A stretch of 64,000 bases of DNA from Candidatus Aenigmatarchaeota archaeon (GCA_038998335.1 JAVZHQ010000001.1:384001-448000); one strand, 5' to 3'; shown: positions 20,305 to 30,823, counted from the first letter of the stretch. Program-made: numbers and translations. The notes: generated by a model from the letters alone, not told the origin.

Positions 20305-20940
20305 CTCTTTCAGTTTCTTTAAAATTCTATCAACAACAACTTCAGGGGGGATATCAACTTTGCTACACCTTACATTTCCAAAAGGTTTTTTCTTTTTATA
20401 ATATTTTATCAAAGGTTTTGACTGTTTTTGATAAACTCTAAACCTTTCTTTAATAACTTCTGGTTTATCGTCTTCTCTTTGAATTAGCTTGCTTCCGCAC
20501 TTATCGCATATTTCATCGTTTTTTGGCTTAAGAAAAATTTTATGGTAAATCGCGTTGCAATTTGGACAGATTAACCTTCCAGAAAGTCTTGCAATTATAA
20601 CACTTTGAGGGACAACCAAATTTATAATTACGTCAGGAGAAGAGATTTTTTCCAAAGCTTCTGCTTGCGGAATTGTTCTCGGATACCCATCTAAGATATA
20701 ACCTTTTGAGCAATCTGGTTTTGAAAGTCTTTCTTTAACTATTTCTATAACAATATCGTCAGGAACTAGCTCGCCTTTACCTTGATATTCAGCTATTTTT
20801 TTAGCTAGTTCGCTTCCTGACTTAGCAATTTCTCTTAGAATATCACCAGTGTTAATTTTTGGTATTCCTAACTTGCTTTCAATAATTGAAGCATAAGTTC
20901 CTTTTCCTGAGCCTGGGGGACCAAAAATTATTAGCTTCAT
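20287..20940 (-). CDS. adk: Adenylate kinase (long LID, Zn-binding)
   Basis: GPPGSGKGT, LDGYPRT, CxxC...CxxC LID, QREDD. Confidence 0.93.
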   Translation of the reverse strand: MKLIIFGPPGSGKGTYASIIESKLGIPKINTGDILREIAKSGSELAKKIAEYQGKGELVPDDIVIEIVKERLSKPDCSKGYILDGYPRTIPQAEALEKISSPDVIINLVVPQSVIIARLSGRLICPNCNAIYHKIFLKPKNDEICDKCGSKLIQREDDKPEVIKERFRVYQKQSKPLIKYYKKKKPFGNVRCSKVDIPPEVVVDRILKKLKELGFES

Positions 20941-21023
20941 TTTCTTGCCTCAATTTTATTAAATTAGGGAAAACAAAGCTATAAAGTTTATTAAAAAAAT
21001 ATAAGAGAAATAATTAATTAGAA

Positions 21024-21132
21024 GCTGGGATAGTTCAGCGGTTAGAACGCGGCGCTCATAAGCTTTATGAGCTTTGAAAAAATGATGAAAGATGAAACGC
21101 CGAAGTCCCGGGTTCAAATCCCGGTCCCAGCA
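21024..21132 (+). tRNA. tRNA-Met(CAT), elongator type, with 36-nt anticodon-loop intron
   Basis: Acceptor GCTGGGA/TCCCAGC, anticodon stem CGGCG/CGCCG, CTCATAA loop after removing 36 nt (21061-21096, or 21062-21097 by BHB geometry). Confidence 0.9.
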
Positions 21133-21173
21133 TTTTCTTAAAGAATTTATCCTTTCACTTTTTGTTTAATATT

Positions 21174-21422
21174 ATGATTGTACCAACAAAAATTTTGAAG
21201 AAAGAAGATGATTATGAAATAGCCTTGATGGTTTTCCCTGTTTTTGAAAAAGAAAAAACTTTCTACGAGTTTCATCTTGTCAAATCATCTAGCTCCAAAA
21301 CGGAAACACTTAAAGTAAATGAATACAAACCACCACTTAAACTAGAAGAAATAGCAAATGATTTTAACGTTAAACCAGAAGACGTAAAAGAACTTTTAGA
21401 AAAGCTGGGTTACAAGGCTTAA
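21174..21422 (+). CDS. Hypothetical protein
   Basis: Open frame with ATG start, host-like composition. Confidence 0.6.
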   Translation: MIVPTKILKKEDDYEIALMVFPVFEKEKTFYEFHLVKSSSSKTETLKVNEYKPPLKLEEIANDFNVKPEDVKELLEKLGYKA

Positions 21423-21476
21423 CTTTAGAAAAGTATTAAATTTATTTTTGCTTAAATATTATCAAAAGGTGAAAAA

Positions 21477-21704
21477 ATGGTTGAATTGACAGAAGAGGAA
21501 AAAAAAGTTGTAGAAGCGATGAAAATGCTAAAAGCAACTTCCGAATCTCAGCTTAAAACAGTAGACCATATAGCAAAAGCTGCATCAATGCCAAAAAGTA
21601 AAGTTGCTTCAATAATCCAAATGCTAATGAACAAAAAAGTTGTAAAAAGAATTGCAAGGGAAAAAGCAGCAGGATATTATCTTGATCCTTCAGCCCAAGT
21701 TTGA
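21477..21704 (+). CDS. Small winged-helix DNA-binding protein
   Basis: HIAKAASMPKSKVASIIQMLMNKKVVKR..GYYL wHTH pattern; GGTGA RBS. Confidence 0.7.
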   Translation: MVELTEEEKKVVEAMKMLKATSESQLKTVDHIAKAASMPKSKVASIIQMLMNKKVVKRIAREKAAGYYLDPSAQV

Positions 21705-21779
21705 CATAACCTTACCTTTGAATTAATGGGATAAAAAGAGGATTTATTTATTCCTAATTCTAATTTTTATTTAAACCAT

Positions 21780-21854
21780 GGCCCGATTAGCGTAGCCTGG
21801 TTAGCGCGCAGGCCTGTGGAGCCTGAAGGCCGGGTTCAAATCCCGGGTCGGGCC
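21780..21854 (+). tRNA. tRNA-His(GTG) with encoded G-1
   Basis: G-1:C73, acceptor GCCCGAT/GTCGGGC, anticodon stem CAGGC/GCCTG around CTGTGGA. Confidence 0.93.
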
Positions 21855-21998
21855 CAAATTTCTCATCCTTCAAACCCACAGAAGAATTTTTGGATATTTT
21901 GGTAAACTTAAGTAGTTTCAGGATTAAACTTCATCTTTCACAAGAAATTTTAAAAATTTAAAAATTTGATTTAAATTAACAGTTAAAAGTGGAAAAAT

Positions 21999-22736
21999 AT
22001 GAATGAAATGGAGATTTTTGTACTTGGTTCTGGTAATGCTTATTCAGAAAAACGTAACCCAACAAGCTTTGTAATTAATTCTTCTGGAAAATATACACTA
22101 GTTGAATGTCCTAGTATGCTGAGAAAAATTTTAAGAGAATTTAGAGAAAGGTCTGGCAAAAAATTAGGAATCGAGGAAATAAACGATGTTATAGTAACCC
22201 ATTTACATGGCGATCATTCTAACGGTTTAGAAGCTTTTGGATTTTGGAAACATTTTGTAGAAAAGAAAAAGCCAAACATTTATTCTATAAAAGAAGTTTT
22301 TGAAGATTTATGGGAGAATAAACTTAAAGCCAGTATGCAAAGAATTTATACAGAAAATTTTTCTTTAGAAAAAGTTTCTTTAGATTTTTACTTCCAAACA
22401 AAAATTTTAGAATTTGGAAAGATAAATGAAGTAAACAATTTAAAAGTGGAGATTAAAAGAACAAAACATGTTGTACCCTGTTTTGCGATTAAAGTTAATG
22501 GTATACTAGGCTACAGCTCAGATACTTCTTTTGACCCTGAATTAATAGAATTTTTGTCGCCATGTAGAATGATTATTCATGAAGTTGGACCTGGAATTCA
22601 TACAGACTATAAAGAACTAATTCGATTGCCAAAGCATATAAAAGAGAAAATTTATCTTGCTCATTTGGACGATGACTTTAATACCATAAGATCTGAGTTA
22701 AAAATTTTGGAAGAAGGCTTGGTTTACAGAGTATAA
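21999..22736 (+). CDS. MBL-fold hydrolase (RNase Z / phosphodiesterase-like)
   Basis: LGSG, THLHGDH, YSSDT, HE, LAH. Confidence 0.8.
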   Translation: MNEMEIFVLGSGNAYSEKRNPTSFVINSSGKYTLVECPSMLRKILREFRERSGKKLGIEEINDVIVTHLHGDHSNGLEAFGFWKHFVEKKKPNIYSIKEVFEDLWENKLKASMQRIYTENFSLEKVSLDFYFQTKILEFGKINEVNNLKVEIKRTKHVVPCFAIKVNGILGYSSDTSFDPELIEFLSPCRMIIHEVGPGIHTDYKELIRLPKHIKEKIYLAHLDDDFNTIRSELKILEEGLVYRV

Positions 22737-22802
22737 AATCTTTTTTCTTATATCTATACAGAAAAAAATAAAGTGTTAAATACTCAAATTAATTATGAGA
22801 AG

Positions 22803-23441
22803 ATGGGAGTAAGAGAAAAATTAACATCCTTCTGGAAAAGCTTAGAAGGCGCCTCTCTTCTTAGAAAATATGTTAACGGAGAAATAGGAATTAAGGAAGT
22901 AGTAACAGTAGAAAAAGGTGGAATAAAATTCTTTGGTGTTATACCAGTTTTTCCTATGGAAGCAAAGGACTGGGGAAGACTTATAGAAGAACTTATAAAA
23001 ATTCATGGTCCTGGTGTAGTTGCAACGATGAGAATGAGTTATAAAAAGAATGGTTACGAAGAAACAAAAGAACTTAAAAAAATTTTACCAAAAGAAAAAA
23101 TAATTAAACTTCTTGAATTTTGGATAGACTTAGGGCATATAGAAAAAATTCTCGAGATTAAAATGGGAAAAAATAACGAGCTGCGAGAAGTTTCTTTTGA
23201 GAATATTTTAAATGAAATAAAGGAAGATGATAATAAAGTTGTAGTAAAGGTAAAAGGTTCTCTTTCTTGCAAAGCAGTAAAAGAAGTTATGAAAAAAACT
23301 CGGTATCCAGTTTGTATCCATGAACCAGGTTATATAGCTGGCTTTCTAGAAGCTTTAGTAGAAGGAAAATGGGAAGTTGAAGAAACTAAATGTGAAGGAA
23401 TGGGAGATAAGTTTTGTGAGTGGGTTTTCTTTAAAAAATAA
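22803..23441 (+). CDS. V4R-domain protein
   Basis: PVC...GYIAGFLE...VEETKCEGMGDKFCEW. Confidence 0.8.
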   Translation: MGVREKLTSFWKSLEGASLLRKYVNGEIGIKEVVTVEKGGIKFFGVIPVFPMEAKDWGRLIEELIKIHGPGVVATMRMSYKKNGYEETKELKKILPKEKIIKLLEFWIDLGHIEKILEIKMGKNNELREVSFENILNEIKEDDNKVVVKVKGSLSCKAVKEVMKKTRYPVCIHEPGYIAGFLEALVEGKWEVEETKCEGMGDKFCEWVFFKK

Positions 23442-23462
23442 TTTTTATCTCTTTAAGTAAAA

Positions 23463-23479
23463 CGAAAAACTTATAAATA
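23463..23479 (+). promoter_or_regulatory. BRE/TATA promoter of the 16S transcription unit
   Basis: CGAAAAAC-TTATAAATA about 30 nt upstream of the structured leader. Confidence 0.65.
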
Positions 23480-23506
23480 CTTTGAAAACAATTCTTTTAA
23501 ATAAGC

Positions 23507-23586
23507 CTCATGGGCATGGCGTTGGACTTTGACTCTACCGACTTAACGGCAGGATGAAAAGTTCTATTCCTGCTCATGAGATAAAC
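23507..23586 (+). ncRNA. H/ACA-like guide RNA in 16S leader, predicted target U24629 (E. coli 966 equivalent)
   Basis: Lower stem CTCATGGGCA/TGCTCATGAG, pocket TGGCGTT / ATTC, upper stem GGACTTT/AAAGTTC, GA...ATGA K-loop, ATA box 15 nt from the pocket. Confidence 0.75.
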
Positions 23587-23646
23587 TTGATCCTGAAGTA
23601 GTGCTTCAGGTAGGTTGATTGGTGAAACCTAGAGGTATTCCCGCCA

Positions 23647-25193
<1,547 letters not shown>

Positions 25194-25240
25194 TAAGTCT
25201 TTGTGTGCGGTAATACCTCTAGGCACCAAAAATCGCTACC

Positions 25241-25252
25241 TTTTTTCTTTCT
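25241..25252 (+). terminator. Oligo-T terminator after the 16S processing stem
   Basis: TTTTTTCTTTCT directly after the 3' processing arm. Confidence 0.5.
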
Positions 25253-25288
25253 CGGTCAAAAAAAATAGAGGCTTTAATTAAAAATAAA

Positions 25289-25304
25289 TGTTAGACGTCT
25301 AACA
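25289..25304. repeat. 16-bp perfect palindrome TGTTAGACGTCTAACA (copy 1)
   Basis: Identical copy at 46014-46029; related GTTAG-N4-CTAAC at 27439-27452. Confidence 0.8.
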
Positions 25305-25309
25305 AAAAT

Positions 25310-25765
25310 TTAAATTCGATCTTGATCTTTAAGGAACTCTAAGGTTTGGAGAAGTAATTCTTCAAAACGATAAAGAGCTTTTTTGTTTCCAAAAATTTCT
25401 ATAATACCAAAATTTGTAGGAAAGTCTCTTAACTTCCACATCTCATAAGGATAAGGGAATAATCTGTCAACGAGATTTTTTTCTTGTAGATAAAAAGCTA
25501 AATCCCTAACAATGCCTTTATCACAGAACTCTAGTTCAAAAATCGTTGGCGAATAATCATCACAACTGTGCACACCTAAACAAACCTTCGAGAATTTTGA
25601 CAGAACTTTTATTTTACTTTCCTTTCTCGCAAAACATTCCAAGTCAACAAAAATAAAATTCCCATTATTATCGTACTTCTTCATCAGTTTTAAGCAATAG
25701 TTTCTCGCATCTCTATCCTTATCTAACCCGAAAAGAATTCCAACATAGTTTTTTACTTCTGTCAT
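25310..25765 (-). CDS. Hypothetical protein
   Basis: 151-aa ORF with ATG start. Confidence 0.6.
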   Translation of the reverse strand: MTEVKNYVGILFGLDKDRDARNYCLKLMKKYDNNGNFIFVDLECFARKESKIKVLSKFSKVCLGVHSCDDYSPTIFELEFCDKGIVRDLAFYLQEKNLVDRLFPYPYEMWKLRDFPTNFGIIEIFGNKKALYRFEELLLQTLEFLKDQDRI

Positions 25766-25792
25766 CTTGAAAATAAAAATACTTTAAAAGAT

Positions 25793-26599
25793 TTAACTCT
25801 TAACTATTTGACCCAGGAAATAACTAGCTATTTCAAATTTACCAGTTCTTAGGAAACCAGTCGTATGATCTCTCAGCAAATATATAGTTTCCCTAAGCAT
25901 GAGAGTATGCGAAGGAGTAATGTAAGGAATTATGTAATTGTTGTTAAAACCTTGTAAAGAAGCTTTTTCTAAGCATTTCCTTATATCTTCTTTAAAGAAA
26001 TTAAAAGCTAAATCAAAACTTTTGAACCTTGAGTCTAAGCCAGAAATCAAGGCCAAGTTGTTTTTTCTAGCATAATTTATAGCTTCTTTGTTTGCTTTTT
26101 TAAGACCCTTTTTTAATGAAGGAATAGATTCCAAGTAATAGCTTACTTCTATGAAAGGTTTGTGACAAATTTCACCTTTTTCGTAAAGTTTAATTATCTC
26201 GTCTGCTCTTTTACCCAACCCGCAAGGTCCAAACTGGTGCGGAACGACAATAAATCCTTCATCCCTTTCTATGCTCTTGCAAACATCTTCTAAATTTTTT
26301 GGTGAGATCTTGTTTTCCCATCTTTCTGGAGTTAAGCATAAACCCAAAATATGATAATTGTCGAAAGTCAAAAATTCTAAACCAAAAAGCAAGTTTTCTT
26401 TTTTTGCTTTAAGGTAAGATTTGATCTCTTTGAAAGCTTTTATCGGCAAATCGATTTTTTCACACGCAAAAGCTTTATCAGTAAGAATAAGATAATCTAC
26501 TTTGCTTTTTTCAAAATCTTCTGCTAATTTTTTTGAAGTTTTTCCTAGGTTAAGTTTTTCTCCTTCTTTTGTATGGTAATGGATTGTTACTAAAGGCAT
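25793..26599 (-). CDS. PHP-domain-like protein (degenerate metal ligands)
   Basis: IHYHT, ILTD, GLE...HILG, VPH, SGLDS. Confidence 0.6.
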   Translation of the reverse strand: MPLVTIHYHTKEGEKLNLGKTSKKLAEDFEKSKVDYLILTDKAFACEKIDLPIKAFKEIKSYLKAKKENLLFGLEFLTFDNYHILGLCLTPERWENKISPKNLEDVCKSIERDEGFIVVPHQFGPCGLGKRADEIIKLYEKGEICHKPFIEVSYYLESIPSLKKGLKKANKEAINYARKNNLALISGLDSRFKSFDLAFNFFKEDIRKCLEKASLQGFNNNYIIPYITPSHTLMLRETIYLLRDHTTGFLRTGKFEIASYFLGQIVKS

Positions 26600-26654
26600 A
26601 CTTATTTAAATAGCTCTAATCTTCAAATCTATTGCTCAAAAGTAAAGTTTTATT

Positions 26655-27389
26655 CTATGTAATATAAGGTTTGTAATTTTCTCCAAAAGCTCCCATAATC
26701 ATTTTTTTTAATTCTTTCTCGAAGAAGCTCCTACAAGTTTTATAAAATGGATAAAATATTTTATATATACTTTCACTTTTCTTTTCATAATCCACAAACT
26801 TCGCTTTCAGTTTTTCTCTTGTGTACTCGTACAATTCTTTGGTACTGATTGTTTGAATTTCATTACAACCATAAAACTTTCTAAAAGTACATAATTGAGG
26901 GTTGGCAATCCCTTTATCATATTCTTGGATTTTAATTTTTTTACCCCATTCCTTAGAGGAATTTATCAACCCGATTTTATAAGGATTTTCCCGATCCGAC
27001 AACCTACAGATTAAAATGCTTTCGCTTAGTTCTTTTCCTGGTACAGGCATAATAGAAGCGATAAGAAAATAATCACAAAAATATTGAATTCCTTTTATCT
27101 TTTCTTCGTCCAGGAAAGTTGAAGAATTGTGAAGGATTTTTCTTACCGGTGCCCCTGGACCCTCGACTATAGAATGATTCAAGAGAGACGGCCTTGAATA
27201 TAATAAAGTGAGAAAACTTAAACCGATTAAATGACCTGTAAGGGGTTCTTGTACTTCTTTATCTCTTCTGAAAAGTTCAAACATAAAAATGTCCAAAACC
27301 TGTACTCCATTTAAACCAGTTTTTTCTTTGGCTTCCTCAAGAGTTGATTGAAATTCTGCCCACATTGCTTCCTCTTCTTGGATATCCAT
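26655..27389 (-). CDS. Hypothetical protein
   Basis: 244-aa ORF, no recognised motif. Confidence 0.65.
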   Translation of the reverse strand: MDIQEEEAMWAEFQSTLEEAKEKTGLNGVQVLDIFMFELFRRDKEVQEPLTGHLIGLSFLTLLYSRPSLLNHSIVEGPGAPVRKILHNSSTFLDEEKIKGIQYFCDYFLIASIMPVPGKELSESILICRLSDRENPYKIGLINSSKEWGKKIKIQEYDKGIANPQLCTFRKFYGCNEIQTISTKELYEYTREKLKAKFVDYEKKSESIYKIFYPFYKTCRSFFEKELKKMIMGAFGENYKPYIT

Positions 27390-27566
27390 TATAAGAAATA
27401 GAAAGTAGAAGAATTTAAACCTTTTGACAAAAAGAGTCGTTAGGTTTCTAACACTTTAGAATTTTTAAACTATAAAGCCTTATCTCATAAGAACAAAGCT
27501 CCTTGAACTTAAAAACTTAAGGATAAAATTTTATCTTCATCTTAACTAAATTAGAAATAATTAATT

Positions 27567-27638
27567 GGGCCGGTAGATCAACGGTAGATCGCCTCGCTTG
27601 CAACGAGGAGGTTCGGGGTTCGAATCCCCGCCGGTCCA
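27567..27638 (+). tRNA. tRNA-Ala(TGC)
   Basis: GGGCCGG/CCGGTCC acceptor with G3:U70; CCTCG-CTTGCAA-CGAGG. Confidence 0.95.
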
Positions 27639-27712
27639 TACTCTTAATAAAAGTTATCGAGAAAATCCAAATGAGTTTAAAAATTTTTATTTTTAGTTGT
27701 AAATTAAATCAA

Positions 27713-28273
27713 ATGGAAGTCCCATCTTGGTATGTAATAACGGGAGAACCTTCTTCTGGTAAGACAACAATTTTAAAAAAATTGGAAGAATTAGGATACT
27801 TTGTTGTTCCAGAGACTGCAAGAATTTTGATAGATAAATATATCAAAAAAAGGTATACCAGCACAAAAATTAAGAAAAAACGAAAGTCGATTTCAAAAAC
27901 AAGTTTTAAAGTTGAAATTAAAAATTGAAGAAACTGTTCCTAAGGATAGAATTGTATTTTTTGACAGAGGTATTCCAGACAGTATAGCCTATTTCAAAAT
28001 TTGTGGGCTAGATACCAAGGAATTAGAAAAATATCAAGAAATAGATATAAAAAAATATTCTTTTTAGAGCAGCTACAATTCCAGCGAGATTATGTAAGAA
28101 TAGAAAATGAAGAAACTGTTAAAAAGTTAAATCAATTACTTCTGGAGACTTACAAAAATTTAGGCTACAACATTGTTCATATCCCAGTTTCTTCGGTTGA
28201 AAAAAGAGTAAGACTTATTTTTATTCAATTTATGATTTATTGGCACGGTATTGAAAAAATGTACAACTACTAA
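27713..28273 (+). pseudogene. AAA_28/NadR-like P-loop kinase with two compensating frameshifts
   Basis: ITGEPSSGKTT...VPETAR; frame shifts at A7 (27845-27851) into FFDRGIPDSIAY, and returns at A5 (28027-28031). Confidence 0.7.
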
Positions 28274-28409
28274 CTTTTTTAAAAAAAGGTTTCTTAACAA
28301 AAGTAAAACAAAAGCTTTAAATAGGATAAAGCTTTTAAATTATAAAAACTAATAAATTAGTTGCCGGTGTCGTTATGTCTGCTTAGCTTGAACATCGGCC
28401 TTTTTGTTT

Positions 28410-28467
28410 AGCTATGAGTTTGCCCTTCTAACTGATAAAAGATGAAGAAATGGGCACCTAACGAGCT
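28410..28467 (+). ncRNA. Box C/D sRNA 1 in 23S leader (D guide to U2552 equivalent)
   Basis: C ATGAGTT, D' CTGA, C' ATGAAGA, D ACGA; TGGGCACCT is antisense to 31499-31507. Confidence 0.8.
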
Positions 28468-28514
28468 TCCTTTGATGCGAATCCTTATTTTGATAATAAG
28501 GGTTTAAGAGTTGA

Positions 28515-28576
28515 GGTTGATGACTTGACTGACAGCGTCTGATAAAAGATGAAGAACGAACTGTCTTTATGAAACC
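28515..28576 (+). ncRNA. Box C/D sRNA 2 in 23S leader (guides to 2504 and 2600 equivalents)
   Basis: GGTT/AACC stem, C ATGACTT, D' CTGA, C' ATGAAGA, D ATGA; guides antisense to 31451-31459 and 31548-31557. Confidence 0.85.
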
Positions 28577-30618
28577 AGAAGATGAAACTACCATAGGATA
28601 AGCTGGTCAAGAGGTCCTGGCAACAGTAGCCCACTTGGTGGATGGCTCGGCTTGGTTAGCCGAAGAAGGCCGTGCCAAGCTGCGATAAGCCTGGGTTATC
28701 CGCATGGAGGAGCTGACCCCAGGATTGCCGAATGGGATTCCTAGCCCGTTAAGGGCTATTTCGGAAGAAAAGGGAACGCGCCGAAGTGAAGCATCTTAGT
28801 AGGCGCAGGAAAAGAAATCAAACGAGATTCGGTGAGTAGGGGCGACCGAAAGCCGAACAGGACAAACCGAACTTTCTTTCGAAGAGGAAGAAAGGATGTG
28901 GAGTTACAGGACTTGGGCCTTTCCTAGCTTGCTAACCTGAAGTGAGCTGGAAAGCTCCACCATAGAGGGTGATAGTCCCGTAGGGGAAGGCAAGAAGGAA
29001 AATGCCAAGTCTCCTGAGTACCATTCCTTGGATATGGAGTGGGAATTTGGGTGGCATTAACATCCAATCCTAAATACTAACCAAGTCCGATAGCGGACTA
29101 GTATCGTGAGAGAAAGCTGAAAAGTACCGCGAAAGCGGGGTGAAAAGAGCCTGAAACCAAGTTGGGCATAGTCAGCTAGGGCATGAAAGGTGCTACTCCG
29201 AAGGAAATTCTCGCAAGAGAAGAGTACGAGGAGTAGCTTACAGTGTCCTAGCATCCGTTCTGAAAAACGGGGCAGGGAGTTTGCTCGAGTAGTGAGGTTA
29301 AGGGGTTTAAACCTCGAAGCCAAAGCGAAAGCGACAAGCCCGTAGTCTCGCAAGAGACGTGGGGCGGGGTGTGAAAGCGCCTGAAATTACTCGAGCAAGA
29401 CCCGAAGCCGGTCGATCTAATCCTGGGCAGGATGAAGTTCCTCGAAAGAGGAATGGAGGTCCGAACCGGTGCTGAGACCCAATCGCTCGGTTGACCCAGG
29501 ATTAGGGGTGAAAAGCCAATCGAGACCGGTGATAGCTGGTTCCTCCCGAAATGAGCGTCAGCTCAGCCTGGTTGGAGGTAAGCAGTAGGGTAAAGAGACT
29601 GATTGGACGGTCAAGGTGCGAAAGCATCAGCCGTCCTGTCAAACTCTGAATCTACTGCTGCCTGAGAAGACCGGAGTGAGGGTACTGGGTTAAGCTCGGT
29701 ACCCAAAAGGGGAACAACCCAACCTGGGGTTAAGATCCCTAAATGCCGGCTAAACGAAGAAGGGAGTCCAAATCCTTAGACAGCGGGGCTGTAGGCTTAG
29801 AAGCAGCCATCAGTTAAAAAGTGCGTAACAGCTTACCCGCCGAGGGTTTGGGCCCTGAAAATGGAAGGGACTAAGCCGGCTGTCGATACCCCAGACCTGC
29901 GAAAGCAGGGGGTAGGGAGGCGTTCTGCATGGGTAGAAGCTTGTTCGTGAGAACAAGTGGACCGTGCAGAATTGAAGATCCTGCCATGAGTAGCAGCATA
30001 GCTGGGTGAAAATCCCAGCCGCCTGAACCCTCAGGGTTTGCCAGCAATGTTCGTCAGCTGGCAGTTAGTCGATCCTAAGGGCGCTCTTAACCGAAGCGCT
30101 CAAAAGGGAAATCGGTTAATATTCCGATACCATGGAGGTACGTGCGGCAACGCAAGCTAGCTTTCCGACGTTTCGGGATAGGCCGACGCAAGTTAACTGC
30201 CGAAGCCTGCAGAGTCTCGTAACGAGGAGAAGCAGGTGAAAGCAGGAATAGCTCCGCGTATGCGGAGTTCGGCCGATTCCTGGAACCCGTGAAAAGGGAA
30301 GCTAGAAGGATCCTCCATGATCGTACCAAGAACCGACACAGGTAGGGTCGCTGAGAAGGCGAAGGCGTGTTGGGAGAACCCAATCCAGGGAAATCGGCAA
30401 ATTGGCCCCGTATCTTCGGTAGAAGGGGTGCCTGTTCTCTCGAAAGGGAGAACAGGTCGCAGTGACAAGGGGGAAGCGACTGTTTAACAAAAACACAGGA
30501 GACTGCTAGTCCGAAAGGATTTGTACAGTCTCTGAGGTCTGCCCAGTGCCGGTGTGTGAAACCCGGTTCCAACCGGGAGAAGCCCCGGCAAACGGCGGCG
30601 GTAACTCTGACCGTCGTA

Positions 30619-30664
30619 ACTCAGGGCGGTCATCTGATTTGATGATACGCCGCCTGGGCGACAT
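30619..30664 (+). ncRNA. 46-nt BHB intron in 23S (E. coli 1927/1928) with D'/C' motif and cis guide
   Basis: GTCG-TA|A-CTCAGG...CCTGGG-CGAC-AT|A; CTGA-T-TTGATGA inside. Confidence 0.9.
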
Positions 30665-30792
30665 AAGTAGCGTAATCCCTTGCCGTTTAATTGACGGCCC
30701 GTTCAACGGCTTAACGACTTCCCCACTGTCCTGGGTTGGGACCCAGCGAAAATGCTGTTCTGGTGAATAGGCCAGAGACCTCCGGTGGGAAA

Positions 30793-30823
<31 letters not shown>

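Noticed and set aside
21024-21132. Initiator tRNA-Met or tRNA-Ile2 identity
   Set aside because: G1:C72 rather than A1:U72, no GGG/CCC anticodon stem, and acceptor unlike the GGGCCC type; elongator Met fits best
27845-28031. BHB introns as the cause of the kinase frameshifts
   Set aside because: Shifts are single-base changes in A-runs with no BHB motif
28468-28514. Hairpin AATCCTTATT/AATAAGGGTT between the two leader sRNAs as a third guide
   Set aside because: No convincing boxes, ACA motif or rRNA complement found; probably a spacer stem
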